A stretch of 64,000 nucleotides of DNA from Rickettsiales bacterium (GCA_965248995.1 CBDFKY010000006.1:101729-165728); one strand, 5' to 3'. Counted from the first letter of the stretch, positions 7,998-18,553 are shown. A program made the numbers and translations. Notes: generated by a model not told the origin, from the letters alone.

Positions 7998-10040
7998 CTA
8001 GAGGAAGTTCACCGGGTCGACATCGATGCGAATCATCACGGAAGCAGGGCAGGGGGCTGCATCACACCACGGTTTGACCACCGCCTGCACGTCCACAGGG
8101 CGCGGCGCGATCATCAGAAAGCGCAGGCGGTAGAGGCCGCGCAGTTTATACAGTGCCGCCGGCGCGGGTCCGAGCACGCGGATATCCTGCAGGTGCGGCG
8201 TGCTCATGCTGAGCGCCCGGGCCACTTCCAACACTTTTTCTTCCGGCGTTCCCTCTACGATGACGGCGCATAAGCGCCCGTAAGGCGGCATGCCTGCGCG
8301 GACGCGCCCTTCCATTTCCAGGGCGAGGAATTTCTCCCGGTTCCAGGAGGCGAGCGCCTGCATCAGCGGATGATCGGGGCGGTACGTCTGGATATACACC
8401 CTGCCGCGTATTTCCTCCCGTCCGGCACGTCCGGCGAGCTGGTGCAGCAGCTGATAGGTCTTTTCCGCGGCGCGGATGTCTCCGCCCTGCAGGCCGGCGT
8501 CCGCGTCGATCACGCCGACCGTGGTGAGGGAGGGAAAATGATGCCCTTTCGCCAGAAGCTGCGTGCCGACGACGATATCCACCTCGCCCATCGTCACGAG
8601 GGCAAGCAGGCATTTAAGGCGGGTGTGGTCTTCCGACGTATCCCCCGAAATGACGCAGATGCGGGCCTGCGGAAACAGCTTGCGCACTTCCTCCTCCACC
8701 CGCTCCACCCCCGGTCCGCACATGGCGAGCTGGTCGCCTCCCGCCTGACATTCCGGGCAGGACGGGGGAAGCGGTACCTGCAGGCCGCAATGGTGGCATT
8801 GCAGGCGGCGCCGTCCCGCATGGTAGACCAGCCAGGCGGAACAATTGGGACATTCGTAGCGATGCCCGCAGGCGCGGCACAGTACCAGCGGCGCGTAGCC
8901 CCGGCGGTTCATAAACAGCAGCGTCTGTTCCCCGCGCGCAATCGCTTCCGCGACGTGCCCGGCCAGGCGTGGCGAAATCCAGCAGTTTTTCTCCAGCTTT
9001 TCCTTCCGCATATCCAGCAGATGGATGGCGGGCAGCGCCGACTGGTCGCTGCGCCGTGTGAGGGTCACATGCCGGTATTTGCCGCGCTCGACATTCACAT
9101 ACGTTTCCAGCGAGGGGGTGGCGCTGCTCAGGATCACCGGGATCCGTTCATGGCGGGCACGCAGCACCGCCATGTCCCGCGCATGGTACATCACCTGATG
9201 CATCCCGGAGCCCTCCTGTTTGAAGGCGCTGTCATGCTCCTCGTCGACGATCAGCAGGCCGAGCGAGGCATAGGGCAGGAACAGGGCCGAGCGCGCGCCG
9301 ATGATGAAACGGGCGGTTCCTTTCATGATTGAGCGCAAAGCTTCCCGCCGGGCCGCGGGAGTTTCGGACGAGTGCCAGAGGGTCGGTTTGAAACCGAAAC
9401 GCGCCTGTGCCCGTTTCATGAACGGCACGCTGAGGGCGATTTCCGGCACCAGCATCAGTACCTGCCCTCCGTCCCACATGACGTTTTCCGCCACTTCGAA
9501 AAACACTTCCGATTTGCCGGAGCCCGTTTCCCCGTCCAGCAAAAAGGGCTGGAATCCGTGATCGGCGGCGGAAATCATCGTCTGCGCCGCTTCCTGCTGT
9601 TCCGGCGTGAGGGAGTGAGAGGCGGGAATAAGAGTGGGGGGTTCCGCCGGCGCCGCGCTCCGTGGTTTCACTCGGTTATCGGCCGCTTTTTCGATTCCGG
9701 GGATGGCCAGGCGAAGCATATTGCCGAGAGAGGCGCAGTTATACCGCGCCGCTCCGGCCAGCGTCTCACGAAGCGCCTCCCGCATTACGGGGAGGTGCCG
9801 ATGAACCGTCCGGATCGTTTTCAGTTTCGCATCAGCAAGAGCGGATGTTCCTTCCTCCCCCCATACGACCCCGATCACGTTGCGCCCGGCAAACGGCACG
9901 GTGACATAACATCCCGTCAATTCCCCTTCTTCGGTGGTGAGATAGTCGAAACAGCCTTCCACATTGAGCGGAACGCAGACGGAAACGCGGCGGACAGGGT
10001 AGGGCATGACATCGACGATCCTAGCCTTAAAACTTCTCAC
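7998..10040 (-). CDS. priA: primosomal replication protein N' (PriA helicase)
   Basis: 680 aa. Walker A GETGSGKSEV, DEEHD box and the Cys-rich zinc module CRACGHRYECPNCSAWLVYH...CHHCG. Confidence 0.95.
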   Translation of the reverse strand: MRSFKARIVDVMPYPVRRVSVCVPLNVEGCFDYLTTEEGELTGCYVTVPFAGRNVIGVVWGEEGTSALADAKLKTIRTVHRHLPVMREALRETLAGAARYNCASLGNMLRLAIPGIEKAADNRVKPRSAAPAEPPTLIPASHSLTPEQQEAAQTMISAADHGFQPFLLDGETGSGKSEVFFEVAENVMWDGGQVLMLVPEIALSVPFMKRAQARFGFKPTLWHSSETPAARREALRSIMKGTARFIIGARSALFLPYASLGLLIVDEEHDSAFKQEGSGMHQVMYHARDMAVLRARHERIPVILSSATPSLETYVNVERGKYRHVTLTRRSDQSALPAIHLLDMRKEKLEKNCWISPRLAGHVAEAIARGEQTLLFMNRRGYAPLVLCRACGHRYECPNCSAWLVYHAGRRRLQCHHCGLQVPLPPSCPECQAGGDQLAMCGPGVERVEEEVRKLFPQARICVISGDTSEDHTRLKCLLALVTMGEVDIVVGTQLLAKGHHFPSLTTVGVIDADAGLQGGDIRAAEKTYQLLHQLAGRAGREEIRGRVYIQTYRPDHPLMQALASWNREKFLALEMEGRVRAGMPPYGRLCAVIVEGTPEEKVLEVARALSMSTPHLQDIRVLGPAPAALYKLRGLYRLRFLMIAPRPVDVQAVVKPWCDAAPCPASVMIRIDVDPVNFL

Positions 10041-10147
10041 CCGATAGGTAAAACCTTTCCTCCGTTAGCCAAAAAATAACCCTTTGCCTGCTACACAGGA
10101 ATCCGTTACACAGACTTTGAGTTGTTTATCGCAGGAGAATCCGTCAC

Positions 10148-11371
10148 ATGTGCGCAGATATCGTTGTTCCGTCCCTCGGGGAATCCGTTTCCGAGGCCAC
10201 CATCGCCAAATGGTATAAAAAACCGGGGGATGCGGTTAAAAAAGATGAGCCGCTCGTCGAACTGGAAACCGATAAGGTGACGATGGAGGTCAATGCGCCG
10301 GAAGACGGCGTGCTGGACGCGCAAAGCGCCAAAGAGGGCGATACGGTCAGTGTCGGGGCGGTGCTCGGCAACATCAAAGCGGGCACCGGGGCCGCTTCCG
10401 CGCCGGAAGCACCGGCGAAAGCGTCGGCTCCCGCCGCTCAGGTGCCTGTACAGGCAGCCTCCACGCAGGCCGCAACCGCGCCGAAAGACGGACCGGCCGC
10501 CACCAAAATGCTGGCCGAACATCCGCAGGTCGCTCGTGATTCCCTTTCAACCACGGGGAAAGACGGACGGGCGACCAAGGGCGACGTCATTACCGCTATT
10601 TCAGGAGGGAACGTTACAGGCGGTGGGGCCGTTGCGGAGGTACCTGGGGCCGCCTACGGTAAAGCACGCGGGGCCCGGGAAGAGCGGGTGAAGATGAGCA
10701 AGCTGCGCCAGGTCATTGCCAAGCGCCTGAAGGATTCACAGAATACCGCGGCGATCCTGACCACGTTCAATGAAATCGACATGTCGAACGTGATCGAGCT
10801 GCGCTCCCAATATAAGGACGATTTCGAGAAGAAATTCGGCATCAAGCTCGGTTTCATGGGATTTTTCGTCAAAGCCGCGGTGGCGGCGCTGAAAGAGATT
10901 CCGGAAGTCAACGCGCAGATCGACGGCACGGACGTCATCTATAAGAATTATTACGATATCGGCGTGGCGGTCGGCACCGAGCAGGGGCTGGTGGTACCGG
11001 TGGTACGGGACGCGGACATCAAGACGCTCTCCGAGATTGAGGCGGATATCGCCGGAAAAGCCAAGCAGGCGCGGCAGGGCACGCTCGGCATGAGCGATCT
11101 GCAGGGCGGCACGTTCACCATTTCCAACGGAGGGGTGTACGGGTCGCTGATGTCCACCCCGATCATCAACCCGCCGCAGTCCGCCATTTTAGGGATGCAC
11201 AAAACCGAAGATCGTCCGGTCGTCATCAACGGGCAGATCGTCATCCGGCCGATGATGTATGTGGCGATGTCCTATGATCATCGCATCATCGACGGTAGAG
11301 AGTCGGTGACGTTCCTGAAGCGTGTCAAAGAACAGATCGAGGATCCGCGGCGGTTTCTACTGGGATTGTAA
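10148..11371 (+). CDS. sucB: 2-oxoglutarate dehydrogenase E2, dihydrolipoamide succinyltransferase
   Basis: 407 aa. Lipoyl domain ([13 protein letters not shown]), Ala/Pro linker and catalytic C-terminus ([13 protein letters not shown]). Confidence 0.93.
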   Translation: MCADIVVPSLGESVSEATIAKWYKKPGDAVKKDEPLVELETDKVTMEVNAPEDGVLDAQSAKEGDTVSVGAVLGNIKAGTGAASAPEAPAKASAPAAQVPVQAASTQAATAPKDGPAATKMLAEHPQVARDSLSTTGKDGRATKGDVITAISGGNVTGGGAVAEVPGAAYGKARGAREERVKMSKLRQVIAKRLKDSQNTAAILTTFNEIDMSNVIELRSQYKDDFEKKFGIKLGFMGFFVKAAVAALKEIPEVNAQIDGTDVIYKNYYDIGVAVGTEQGLVVPVVRDADIKTLSEIEADIAGKAKQARQGTLGMSDLQGGTFTISNGGVYGSLMSTPIINPPQSAILGMHKTEDRPVVINGQIVIRPMMYVAMSYDHRIIDGRESVTFLKRVKEQIEDPRRFLLGL

Positions 11372-11591
11372 GCGAAGCGTGGGACCGGTTTAAGTTTTAA
11401 TTGCTATCTTGCATCTTCGCTATTCCGAATCGCAGGCTAATGCAGCCCGAAAACCTCGGTTGATGCGGGAGCAGCTAATCATGTGCATCCCAAGGCATAT
11501 CGTTCTGCAGTTCAAGCTGGAAACAGGTCAAACAACCCGAAGTGACGCTCGCGGATGGCGGCAAATGAACGATTAATCAGGCGCGGCCACG

Positions 11592-11605
11592 CTAAGCCGC
11601 TTTCG
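11592..11605. repeat. 14-bp direct repeat CTAAGCCGCTTTCG, orphan copy (left edge of islet)
   Basis: Exact match to 13115-13128, which is the stop codon and last codons of ohr. Confidence 0.45.
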
Positions 11606-11876
11606 AAAAGTGCAAAAGTTTTTTCGGCATTATGGTCATAGGAGAATATCTGCTTTTCAAAGGGATAGAGATGGACGTAATTATTCATCCGCGATTAAAA
11701 CGCTCTAGTCTTAATTCTCTCAATAGTCTGACCATGCTGGCCTATGCGCGCCGCCAACTTTTGCTCAAAATTCGAATTTATTTAAAAGTTTTGTTCACAA
11801 AAATGTAATAATTATGTAGTATAGATTAATAATATTTAAATAAATAATAAATTAACTAAAGTATAAGGTTGTCCAT

Positions 11877-12941
11877 ATGTTTAAGAAAAACCTGACTTTT
11901 ATTGACCTTTCATCGCAAATTAACGAAATTTTATCTAAAATCAACGGTGCTGGAACAGCTGCCGGATTTAATGGAAAAATAGAAATTGCCTACGACCCAA
12001 CAGAAAATATCGATTTCCAAAACCTTGAAAATCAAAAAAAATATGTTGTTGACCTGATTGTTAATGATACTTCGAAAAAGATGCAGAAATATACTGAATT
12101 GTTCGATAAAGGTATCATGTCTGCTGAAGAAGCAACGTATCATCTCTACAATGATCCACGTCAGCATGAAGATTTAATCTTCTCCTATTCTGAAAAAGGT
12201 GGAATGATTCAGTCTGCTGAAATAGCTGATAATATTCAATTTACTCCAAACGCAGCGCCTTCAATTGTGTTTGTAGAAAATAATGAGGAATATTTTATTC
12301 AAGGTACAATGAAAGATGAAGCCGGAAAAATTACGCTCATTACTGGCAGTCCACCCGGTCAGCAGACAGATTACAGTGCCTTAGAGAAGCTAGTGGGATC
12401 AAATATCATAGAACATGATATCGGGCACGCCATCGGTGGTGCAACATTGCTTGATCCAGATGGTACTTTAGTAACTAATGATATGCCGGAAGCTATTGTT
12501 GGTTATTTAGTGTCTGAGCTTATATCACACGGAATTACCGGTGAACTGCGAAATACTAAAACTGGCTATGCTCCGACAGATCCTAACGATCCGGTTTCGA
12601 CACCAGAGAATTTTATCAATAATGTGAACTTACTTAACGAATTACTTCCAGGGTTGGGTTTTGATAAGGTTATCGATTCATATAAGAAACAAGGAGAAGG
12701 TTTGATAGAACCGGACTCTGAAACAAGGCTGTATGCTTTAGCTGCAGGATTAAGAGCATATGATCGATTTTTTAAAGATTTTGACCAGCTACCTGCTATG
12801 AACGAATATCCCGGAGAAAAACTTGGGCCTAGTAAAGAAGAGCTGGCATTCAGAAATTCTGAGCCTGATACTAATTTGCATGCCGCGTCATGTAAGGTCG
12901 AGAAAATGCATAATTATTACAATGGCATACAATTGCACTGA
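11877..12941 (+). CDS. hypothetical protein with degenerate metzincin-like motif (AT-rich islet)
   Basis: 354 aa in a very AT-rich segment. IIEHDIGHAIGG resembles HEIGHAIG of zinc metalloproteases, but with Asp in place of the catalytic Glu. Confidence 0.6.
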   Translation: MFKKNLTFIDLSSQINEILSKINGAGTAAGFNGKIEIAYDPTENIDFQNLENQKKYVVDLIVNDTSKKMQKYTELFDKGIMSAEEATYHLYNDPRQHEDLIFSYSEKGGMIQSAEIADNIQFTPNAAPSIVFVENNEEYFIQGTMKDEAGKITLITGSPPGQQTDYSALEKLVGSNIIEHDIGHAIGGATLLDPDGTLVTNDMPEAIVGYLVSELISHGITGELRNTKTGYAPTDPNDPVSTPENFINNVNLLNELLPGLGFDKVIDSYKKQGEGLIEPDSETRLYALAAGLRAYDRFFKDFDQLPAMNEYPGEKLGPSKEELAFRNSEPDTNLHAASCKVEKMHNYYNGIQLH

Positions 12942-13114
12942 TATTTATAAAAAAATTCCAGCTAAGTGAATTTTGGAAAATGAGTTAGTATAGTCGTTAA
13001 AGATTTTTACAGAATTTTGAAAGTAATTGAGCCTGCATTCCCTGGATAAGCGAAGATACGGTAATGATAGATACCGGATTTCCGCTTATCCTGAAAATGC
13101 AAAGAAGCGTTATC

Positions 13115-13128
13115 CTAAGCCGCTTTCG
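13115..13128. repeat. 14-bp direct repeat CTAAGCCGCTTTCG, functional copy (3' end of ohr)
   Basis: Exact match to 11592-11605. Confidence 0.45.
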
Positions 13129-13549
13129 CAACCGCCTGGTTGTTGGCTTTCAGCGTCACCTCGATATTGCCGCGGGTCGCCTTGGAATACGGGCAGATCT
13201 GGTGTGCGGCTTCCACCAGTTTCTGCGCCGCTGCAGCGTCCAGCGACGGGATCGTCACGTCCAGCACCACGCTGATGGAATAACCGTCGTCGCCCTGATT
13301 GAGACTGACATCCGCTTTCACTTCCGCATCCGCCGCCGAAACATTCTGTTGTTTGGCTACCGCTTCGATCGCACTGCCGAAACAGGCGGCGTACCCGCAG
13401 GCGAACAGTTCTTCGGGATTGGTCGCTCCCGGTTTAGCGTTAGCTGTGCCAGCGGTACCCAGATCACAGGAAAGGTTGCCGTTTACCGTTGCCGCGTGAC
13501 CGTTTCTTCCGCCTTTCGCCGAGGCATGCGCCGTAAAGAGTGTTTTCAT
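13115..13549 (-). CDS. ohr: organic hydroperoxide resistance protein (OsmC/Ohr family)
   Basis: 144 aa. The two conserved Cys contexts (ELFACGYAACF and QICPYSKATRGN) are typical of Ohr. Confidence 0.9.
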   Translation of the reverse strand: MKTLFTAHASAKGGRNGHAATVNGNLSCDLGTAGTANAKPGATNPEELFACGYAACFGSAIEAVAKQQNVSAADAEVKADVSLNQGDDGYSISVVLDVTIPSLDAAAAQKLVEAAHQICPYSKATRGNIEVTLKANNQAVAKAA

Positions 13550-13639
13550 AAATCAATGCTCCTGGTTGTTGATTTTCCTTTTACCGCATTCATCTATACC
13601 CTGTTCGGGTTAAAAGGGAATATTTTTATCCGGCATGAT

Positions 13640-14539
13640 TCATGATCCGGCCCGCACGCCGATCAGGTGGCAGATGGTGCGCGTCAGCATGGAGCGGTTG
13701 AGCGTGTAGAAATGAAATTCCTCCACGCCCTCCAGCCGCAGGCGGTGGCAGAGCGACGCCGTCACGTAGGCGGCCGTCTGGTTGTGCAGGTCGTGATCGT
13801 CATGGATGCTCTCGAACAGGTGGTTCAGCCAGTCGGGCACTTTCGCGCCGCACATGGCTGCGAATTTGCGCAGCTGTTTGATGTTGGTCACCGGCAGGAT
13901 GCCCGGCACGACCGGCACCGTGATTCCGGCTTTACGTACCTTGTCCAGGAAACGCAGATACGTTTCCGCCTCAAAGAAAAACTGCGTGATAGCGCGCTTG
14001 GCGCCGGCGTCGATCTTGCGTTTCAGATGGTCGATGTCCGTCGCCGCGTCCACCGCCTCCGGATGCGTTTCAGGGTAGGCGGCGACACTGATTTCGAACG
14101 GATGCCGCTTGAGGAGCCCGGCTACCAGATCCGCTGCATACGCATATCCTTGGCTGTGAGGAACATAGGCCTGCTGCTCCGGCATGTCGCCCCGCAGCGC
14201 TACGATATGCCGGACGCCTGAGAGCCAGTATGCGTCCGCGACCGCATCTATTTCCTCCGACGACGCTCCGACGCAGGTCAGGTGGGCGGCGGATTTGAGG
14301 TCCGTTTCCGCCATAATGCGGCTGATGGTGGCGTGGGTGCGTTCCCGCGTCGTCCCGCCGGCGCCATAGGTCACCGACACGAACGCGGGCTTCAGGGGAA
14401 GAAGCGCCTGAACCGAAGTCCAGAGGCCCGCTTCACTTGCGGCGTCCTTCGGGGGGAAAAATTCGAACGACACCGCTGCCGGAGGCGTGGTATAAAACTG
14501 ATAAAGCCGTTGTTGAAGAATTTCGCTGAAGGCCGGCAT
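13640..14539 (-). CDS. metF: 5,10-methylenetetrahydrofolate reductase
   Basis: 299 aa. SFEFFPPK, VTYGAGG and ITVPVVPGILP motifs. Confidence 0.93.
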   Translation of the reverse strand: MPAFSEILQQRLYQFYTTPPAAVSFEFFPPKDAASEAGLWTSVQALLPLKPAFVSVTYGAGGTTRERTHATISRIMAETDLKSAAHLTCVGASSEEIDAVADAYWLSGVRHIVALRGDMPEQQAYVPHSQGYAYAADLVAGLLKRHPFEISVAAYPETHPEAVDAATDIDHLKRKIDAGAKRAITQFFFEAETYLRFLDKVRKAGITVPVVPGILPVTNIKQLRKFAAMCGAKVPDWLNHLFESIHDDHDLHNQTAAYVTASLCHRLRLEGVEEFHFYTLNRSMLTRTICHLIGVRAGS

Positions 14540-14785
14540 GAAAACTCTGTCGTTTGAAAACTGAAGAAAAATTGTGGTGAGGTTACACGGAAAGCGGAAG
14601 CGTCCGCCATATGTTTATTCGCCCCCGGTTAAATTCATTTTAACTATACAGTGCTGCCCAAGCGGGTATATGAACAATGCATATCGATATTTAACTCGTG
14701 TGATGGCTTAGTCCACCGCGATGTCCAGATTGAAATATTTTTGTAACTTCCAATTTTTTGTAACTCCCTGGCAGTGGAAATTTAA

Positions 14786-15508
14786 ATGAACGTGCGCCTT
14801 TTTCTCCTACAAAGCATGAAACCGCTCTGCCTGGCGGTCGTGGTGGGGATGATGGTGTCCGCCCCCGCTGTTGCCGCCGCTTCGGATGATCCGGCCGAGC
14901 CGGTCAACCGGGCGATTTTCCGCTTTAACGAATATGCCGACCGATATGTGCTCAAACCCGTCGCCGAAGGCTATGACTATATCGTCCCCGACCCCGGCAA
15001 GCGCGGGATTTCCAATGTGCTGCACAACCTCACCATGCCCGTGACGTTCGTCAATTCGATCCTGCAGGCCGATCCGGGCAACAGTTTCGAGTCGCTCTGG
15101 AGTTTCGTGCTGAACAGTACGTTCGGCATCGCCGGAATCTTCGATTTTACCGGAGCCAATACGGATCTCGACGTGCATGACGAGGATTTCGGCCAGACGC
15201 TCGGTACGTGGGGAGTGGGCGCAGGGCCGTATCTGGTGCTGCCGCTGTTCGGTCCTTCGAATCTGCGGGATCTGGGCGGAATGGGCGTAGATTACGCCGC
15301 CGATCCTTTCAATTACGTCGATAACGATGCCTTCGTGTACGGACGTGCCGGGCTCGGCGTCGTCGACACGCGCTACCGCGCCCTCAAACTGGTGGATGAC
15401 GTGTACGCCCAGTCACTCGATCCGTACGCCACGTTCCGCAGCGGCTATGCGCAGCGGCGGCGTGCCCAGATAGTCAATACCAGAAGCAGCGATGAAAACG
15501 AGGAGTAA
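14786..15508 (+). CDS. mlaA: MlaA/VacJ family lipoprotein
   Basis: 240 aa. Signal peptide, then DPAEPVNRAIFRFNEYADRYVLKPVAEGY, the typical VacJ core. Confidence 0.85.
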   Translation: MNVRLFLLQSMKPLCLAVVVGMMVSAPAVAAASDDPAEPVNRAIFRFNEYADRYVLKPVAEGYDYIVPDPGKRGISNVLHNLTMPVTFVNSILQADPGNSFESLWSFVLNSTFGIAGIFDFTGANTDLDVHDEDFGQTLGTWGVGAGPYLVLPLFGPSNLRDLGGMGVDYAADPFNYVDNDAFVYGRAGLGVVDTRYRALKLVDDVYAQSLDPYATFRSGYAQRRRAQIVNTRSSDENEE

Positions 15509-15511
15509 GGA

Positions 15512-16120
15512 ATGAAACGTCTCTTTCAATGGATACCGATAATCATCATGGGGCTGGCCTTCAGCCCTAACGCTTCCGCGGCGCCCGCCACGCAGCAGGC
15601 GGCGACGCCGGAGCAGGCGTTCGTCTATGAGGTGGCGGGCGAGGTGTTGAGCGCTGTGCGCGCCGCGCCTTCCAACGCGGATGCGAAACGCACGCTGGAA
15701 GCGGTGTTCACCAGATACGTGGATATCGAATGGGTGGGCCAGTTCGTGCTGGGCCGTCACTGGAAGGAGGCGAAGCCGGAGCAGCAGCAGCGTTTCCTCA
15801 GCGCTTACCGTTCGTTCATGGTTGGAAGCTATACCACGCGACTGCGGGATTATTCGGGGGATGATTATACCGTTTCAGCCCCGCGCACTGCCGGCGAGGG
15901 TCGCTCGGCTCTCACCATGAAAGTGAAGCGTGCGCAGGGCGCGCCGGTCGTCATCGATTACAAGATCCGTAAAAGCGGAGACGGGTACAAGATTTACGAT
16001 CTGGTGGTGGAAGGCATCAGCCTGATCACCACCCAGCGCTCGGAATTCGATTCGGTGGTCAGTCAGAACGGACTGGATTTCCTGATCGACGCGCTCGTGA
16101 AGAAATCCGCTGTGAAATAA
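15512..16120 (+). CDS. mlaC: phospholipid-binding protein MlaC (Ttg2D/toluene-tolerance family)
   Basis: 202 aa. Signal peptide. FVLGRHWKEAKPEQQQRFLSAYRSF and YKIYDLVVEGISL motifs. Starts 4 nt after mlaA. Confidence 0.8.
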   Translation: MKRLFQWIPIIIMGLAFSPNASAAPATQQAATPEQAFVYEVAGEVLSAVRAAPSNADAKRTLEAVFTRYVDIEWVGQFVLGRHWKEAKPEQQQRFLSAYRSFMVGSYTTRLRDYSGDDYTVSAPRTAGEGRSALTMKVKRAQGAPVVIDYKIRKSGDGYKIYDLVVEGISLITTQRSEFDSVVSQNGLDFLIDALVKKSAVK

Positions 16121-16122
16121 TC

Positions 16123-17208
16123 TTGGGCGAGGCGAATCTTTTCCTCCCCGTCTGGTCGCTCGGCCTGATGAGCGGCACTTCGCTCGACGCGCTGGATCTG
16201 GCATTGATTCTGACGGATGGTCACCGGGTAGTTGAGCGCGGGCCCTGGTCGGACGTTGCGTTTCCGAAATCCCTTGCGGAGTCGTTGCGTGGATTGATGC
16301 ATGGAGAAGGGGACGCACTGCGGCTTGAACAGGAATATACGCTGTTCGTGGCAGGGTGCGTGGATATGTTTCTGAAGCAGCATCCTGCGTTTGAGAAAAC
16401 CGTTTCGATCATCGGTTTTCATGGACAGACCATCACGCACCGCCCGCTGGAGGGAATTACCTGGCAGCTCGGTAATCCCTCCCTGCTCGCCGAACGTACG
16501 GGTATCCCGGTGGCGGCGGATTTTCGTCGCCGTGACATGGCGGCGGGCGGACAGGGGGCGCCGCTGGTGCCGTTGTATCATGCGGCGCTGTCTGCCGATC
16601 TGCCGAAACCGCTAACTATCGTCAATATCGGCGGCGTGGCAAACGTCACGTATGTGGGAGAGAGTGAAGATGCATTGCTGGCATGGGACACCGGGCCGGG
16701 GAATGCGCTTCTGAATGACTGGATTTCTTTCCATACCGGAGAGACTTATGATGCGGACGGACGTTATGCGCGGGCCGGTTATGCGCATGCCTCTATTCTG
16801 GCGGGTTATATGAAAGACACGTACCTTTCGGCGATTCCGCCCAAGTCACTCGACCGCAATCATTTCTCGCTTGACACAGTGCGCGAGCTGTCGTTGCAGG
16901 ACGGGGCGGCGACCCTTACCGCGTTCACGGTGGAAGCGATTGCAAGAGCCGGGGATTTTTTCCCGCAACCGCCTACGCGATGGCTGATAGCCGGAGGTGG
17001 ACGTCATAACGCGGCGATCATGCAATCGTTGGCGGCAAGGCTGGGGCAGCCTGTCATCAACGCGGACGATCTCGGCTGGAGGGGCGATGCGATCGAAGCG
17101 GAAGCGTTCGCGTATCTCGCCGTTCGCTCCATGCGGGGCCTGCCGATCAGCCTGCCGGGAACGACGGGGGTGCGTGTTCCTACCAGCGGCGGCGGTCTCT
17201 ACACTTGA
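16123..17208 (+). CDS. anmK: anhydro-N-acetylmuramic acid kinase
   Basis: 361 aa. GLMSGTSLDALD N-terminal motif and IVNIGGVANVT. Apparent TTG start at 16123. Confidence 0.9.
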   Translation: MGEANLFLPVWSLGLMSGTSLDALDLALILTDGHRVVERGPWSDVAFPKSLAESLRGLMHGEGDALRLEQEYTLFVAGCVDMFLKQHPAFEKTVSIIGFHGQTITHRPLEGITWQLGNPSLLAERTGIPVAADFRRRDMAAGGQGAPLVPLYHAALSADLPKPLTIVNIGGVANVTYVGESEDALLAWDTGPGNALLNDWISFHTGETYDADGRYARAGYAHASILAGYMKDTYLSAIPPKSLDRNHFSLDTVRELSLQDGAATLTAFTVEAIARAGDFFPQPPTRWLIAGGGRHNAAIMQSLAARLGQPVINADDLGWRGDAIEAEAFAYLAVRSMRGLPISLPGTTGVRVPTSGGGLYT

Positions 17209-17211
17209 GCG

Positions 17212-17910
17212 TTATTCCCTGGGCAGCAGGCGCTTTTTCTTGACGCCGACGGCGTTGCGGCTTTCCATGAAATCCTCCATGCGACGCGCGATATAATCCG
17301 ACGTCCGCTGCTCGAACTCGTCAAGGGAGTTGCGGAAATAATGATCCGCGCCGGTGAACAGTTCGTATTCCACGCCGTTCGAATGATTGGAGTGCAGTTT
17401 GCCGACCAGCTTGCCGACATCGGGGGCGTTGACGATATCGTCCCGGTCGCCCTGCAGGATGAGGCCGGACGCGGGGCAGGGGGTCAGGAAGGAAAAATCG
17501 TACTTATTGACCGGGGGAGACGCGGCGACGAATCCTTCGATCTCCGGGCGCCGCATCAACAGTTGCAGGGCGATCCACGCCCCGAAGGAAAAACCGGCGA
17601 TCCAGCAGGTGCAGGCTTCCGGGTTCTTCAACTGGATCCAGTCGAGCGCGGTGGCCGCGTCGCTCATCTCGCCGATGCCTTCATCGTACCGGCCCATCGA
17701 TTTTCCCACTCCCCGGAAATTAAAGCGCAGCACCGAAAATCCGTTATTCATCAACGACTGAAACAGGCGGTACACCACCTTGTTGTTCATCGTCCCGCCA
17801 TAAAGCGGGTGTGGATGCAGCACGATCGCCACGGGGGCGGTAGGGTTTTCATTATGGTGATAGCGTCCTTCCAGGCGACCTTCGGAACCGTTGAATATGA
17901 CTTCGGGCAT
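17212..17910 (-). CDS. alpha/beta hydrolase (COG2945-like)
   Basis: 232 aa. HPHPLYGGTMNNKVV and the nucleophile elbow GFSFGA. Confidence 0.85.
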   Translation of the reverse strand: MPEVIFNGSEGRLEGRYHHNENPTAPVAIVLHPHPLYGGTMNNKVVYRLFQSLMNNGFSVLRFNFRGVGKSMGRYDEGIGEMSDAATALDWIQLKNPEACTCWIAGFSFGAWIALQLLMRRPEIEGFVAASPPVNKYDFSFLTPCPASGLILQGDRDDIVNAPDVGKLVGKLHSNHSNGVEYELFTGADHYFRNSLDEFEQRTSDYIARRMEDFMESRNAVGVKKKRLLPRE

Positions 17911-17930
17911 GCGGCGTAAAACCTTCGGAG

Positions 17931-18000
17931 TGAAATAACCCCCTACCGTTACTTTAATTCCCTGCCGATTTCAATAGAGTAGTTAAACCCGTTTCCCATG
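17931..18000. repeat. diverged duplicate of the cysE 5' region (orphan copy)
   Basis: 17953-18000 aligns with 19087-19133 with 5 mismatches and 1 indel, and both end in ATG. A weaker match extends back to TGAAATAACC (17931) versus TGAAAAACC (19076). Confidence 0.75.
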
Positions 18001-18208
18001 CACAAGGGTCAACGCCTGAAACAGCTTCAAAAGGAAACGAAGAACCGGCAAAACCTGCTTTATGGAAGCAGCGAACTATGATGATACGGTATCGGTCTGA
18101 ATATCAGGACAGGAGATTTATCGGGAAGGACCGGTGCTTCCGGCAATCGGTCGCGAGCTTTGCAAATATATTTTTACTTTTTAAAAGTCCCACGCGGCAA
18201 TACGGAAA

Positions 18209-18553
18209 ATGAACTTCAGCGTTTTGAATTTGAAACTGACCGACCTATGGCTGGAAATGCTTTCGGAAAATGAACAGGAAATTTACATCAATCATGTGTG
18301 TGGATCTACCATTTCAGATGCAAGACGACAAAACCGGAATGCCATTATTCCTTTTATCCTCCAAAGCGCGCTGCTTGGTAAAGACCTGGAAACGATCATA
18401 TCCACTTTTCCTAGCGTGCTGATCAAAGATTACTGTACAAGTAATCTATCCGAATGGCCAGCTCGTAAGGAACCTATCGGTCCTGAACTGACAAGTTTCG
18501 TCGCGTTCGTTTTCCATATGTTAACCGGAAGCGAAAACCACAGGAGAAGATAG
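18209..18553 (+). CDS. hypothetical protein (AT-rich islet)
   Basis: 114-aa open frame in an AT-rich insert. No motif recognised. Confidence 0.4.
   Translation: MNFSVLNLKLTDLWLEMLSENEQEIYINHVCGSTISDARRQNRNAIIPFILQSALLGKDLETIISTFPSVLIKDYCTSNLSEWPARKEPIGPELTSFVAFVFHMLTGSENHRRR

Noticed and set aside
11513-11760. Short minus-strand frames (58-aa MNNYVHLYPFEK...; KLAARIGQHGQTIERIKTRAF*) as transposase or HTH remnants
   Set aside because: They are too short and too weakly similar to anything I can name. Only noted as possible decay products within the islet flank.
14540-14700. Possible SAM-II or other riboswitch in the metF leader
   Set aside because: I read the minus-strand leader and could not recognise the SAM-II pseudoknot consensus or any other riboswitch core. 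A covariance-model scan would be needed.
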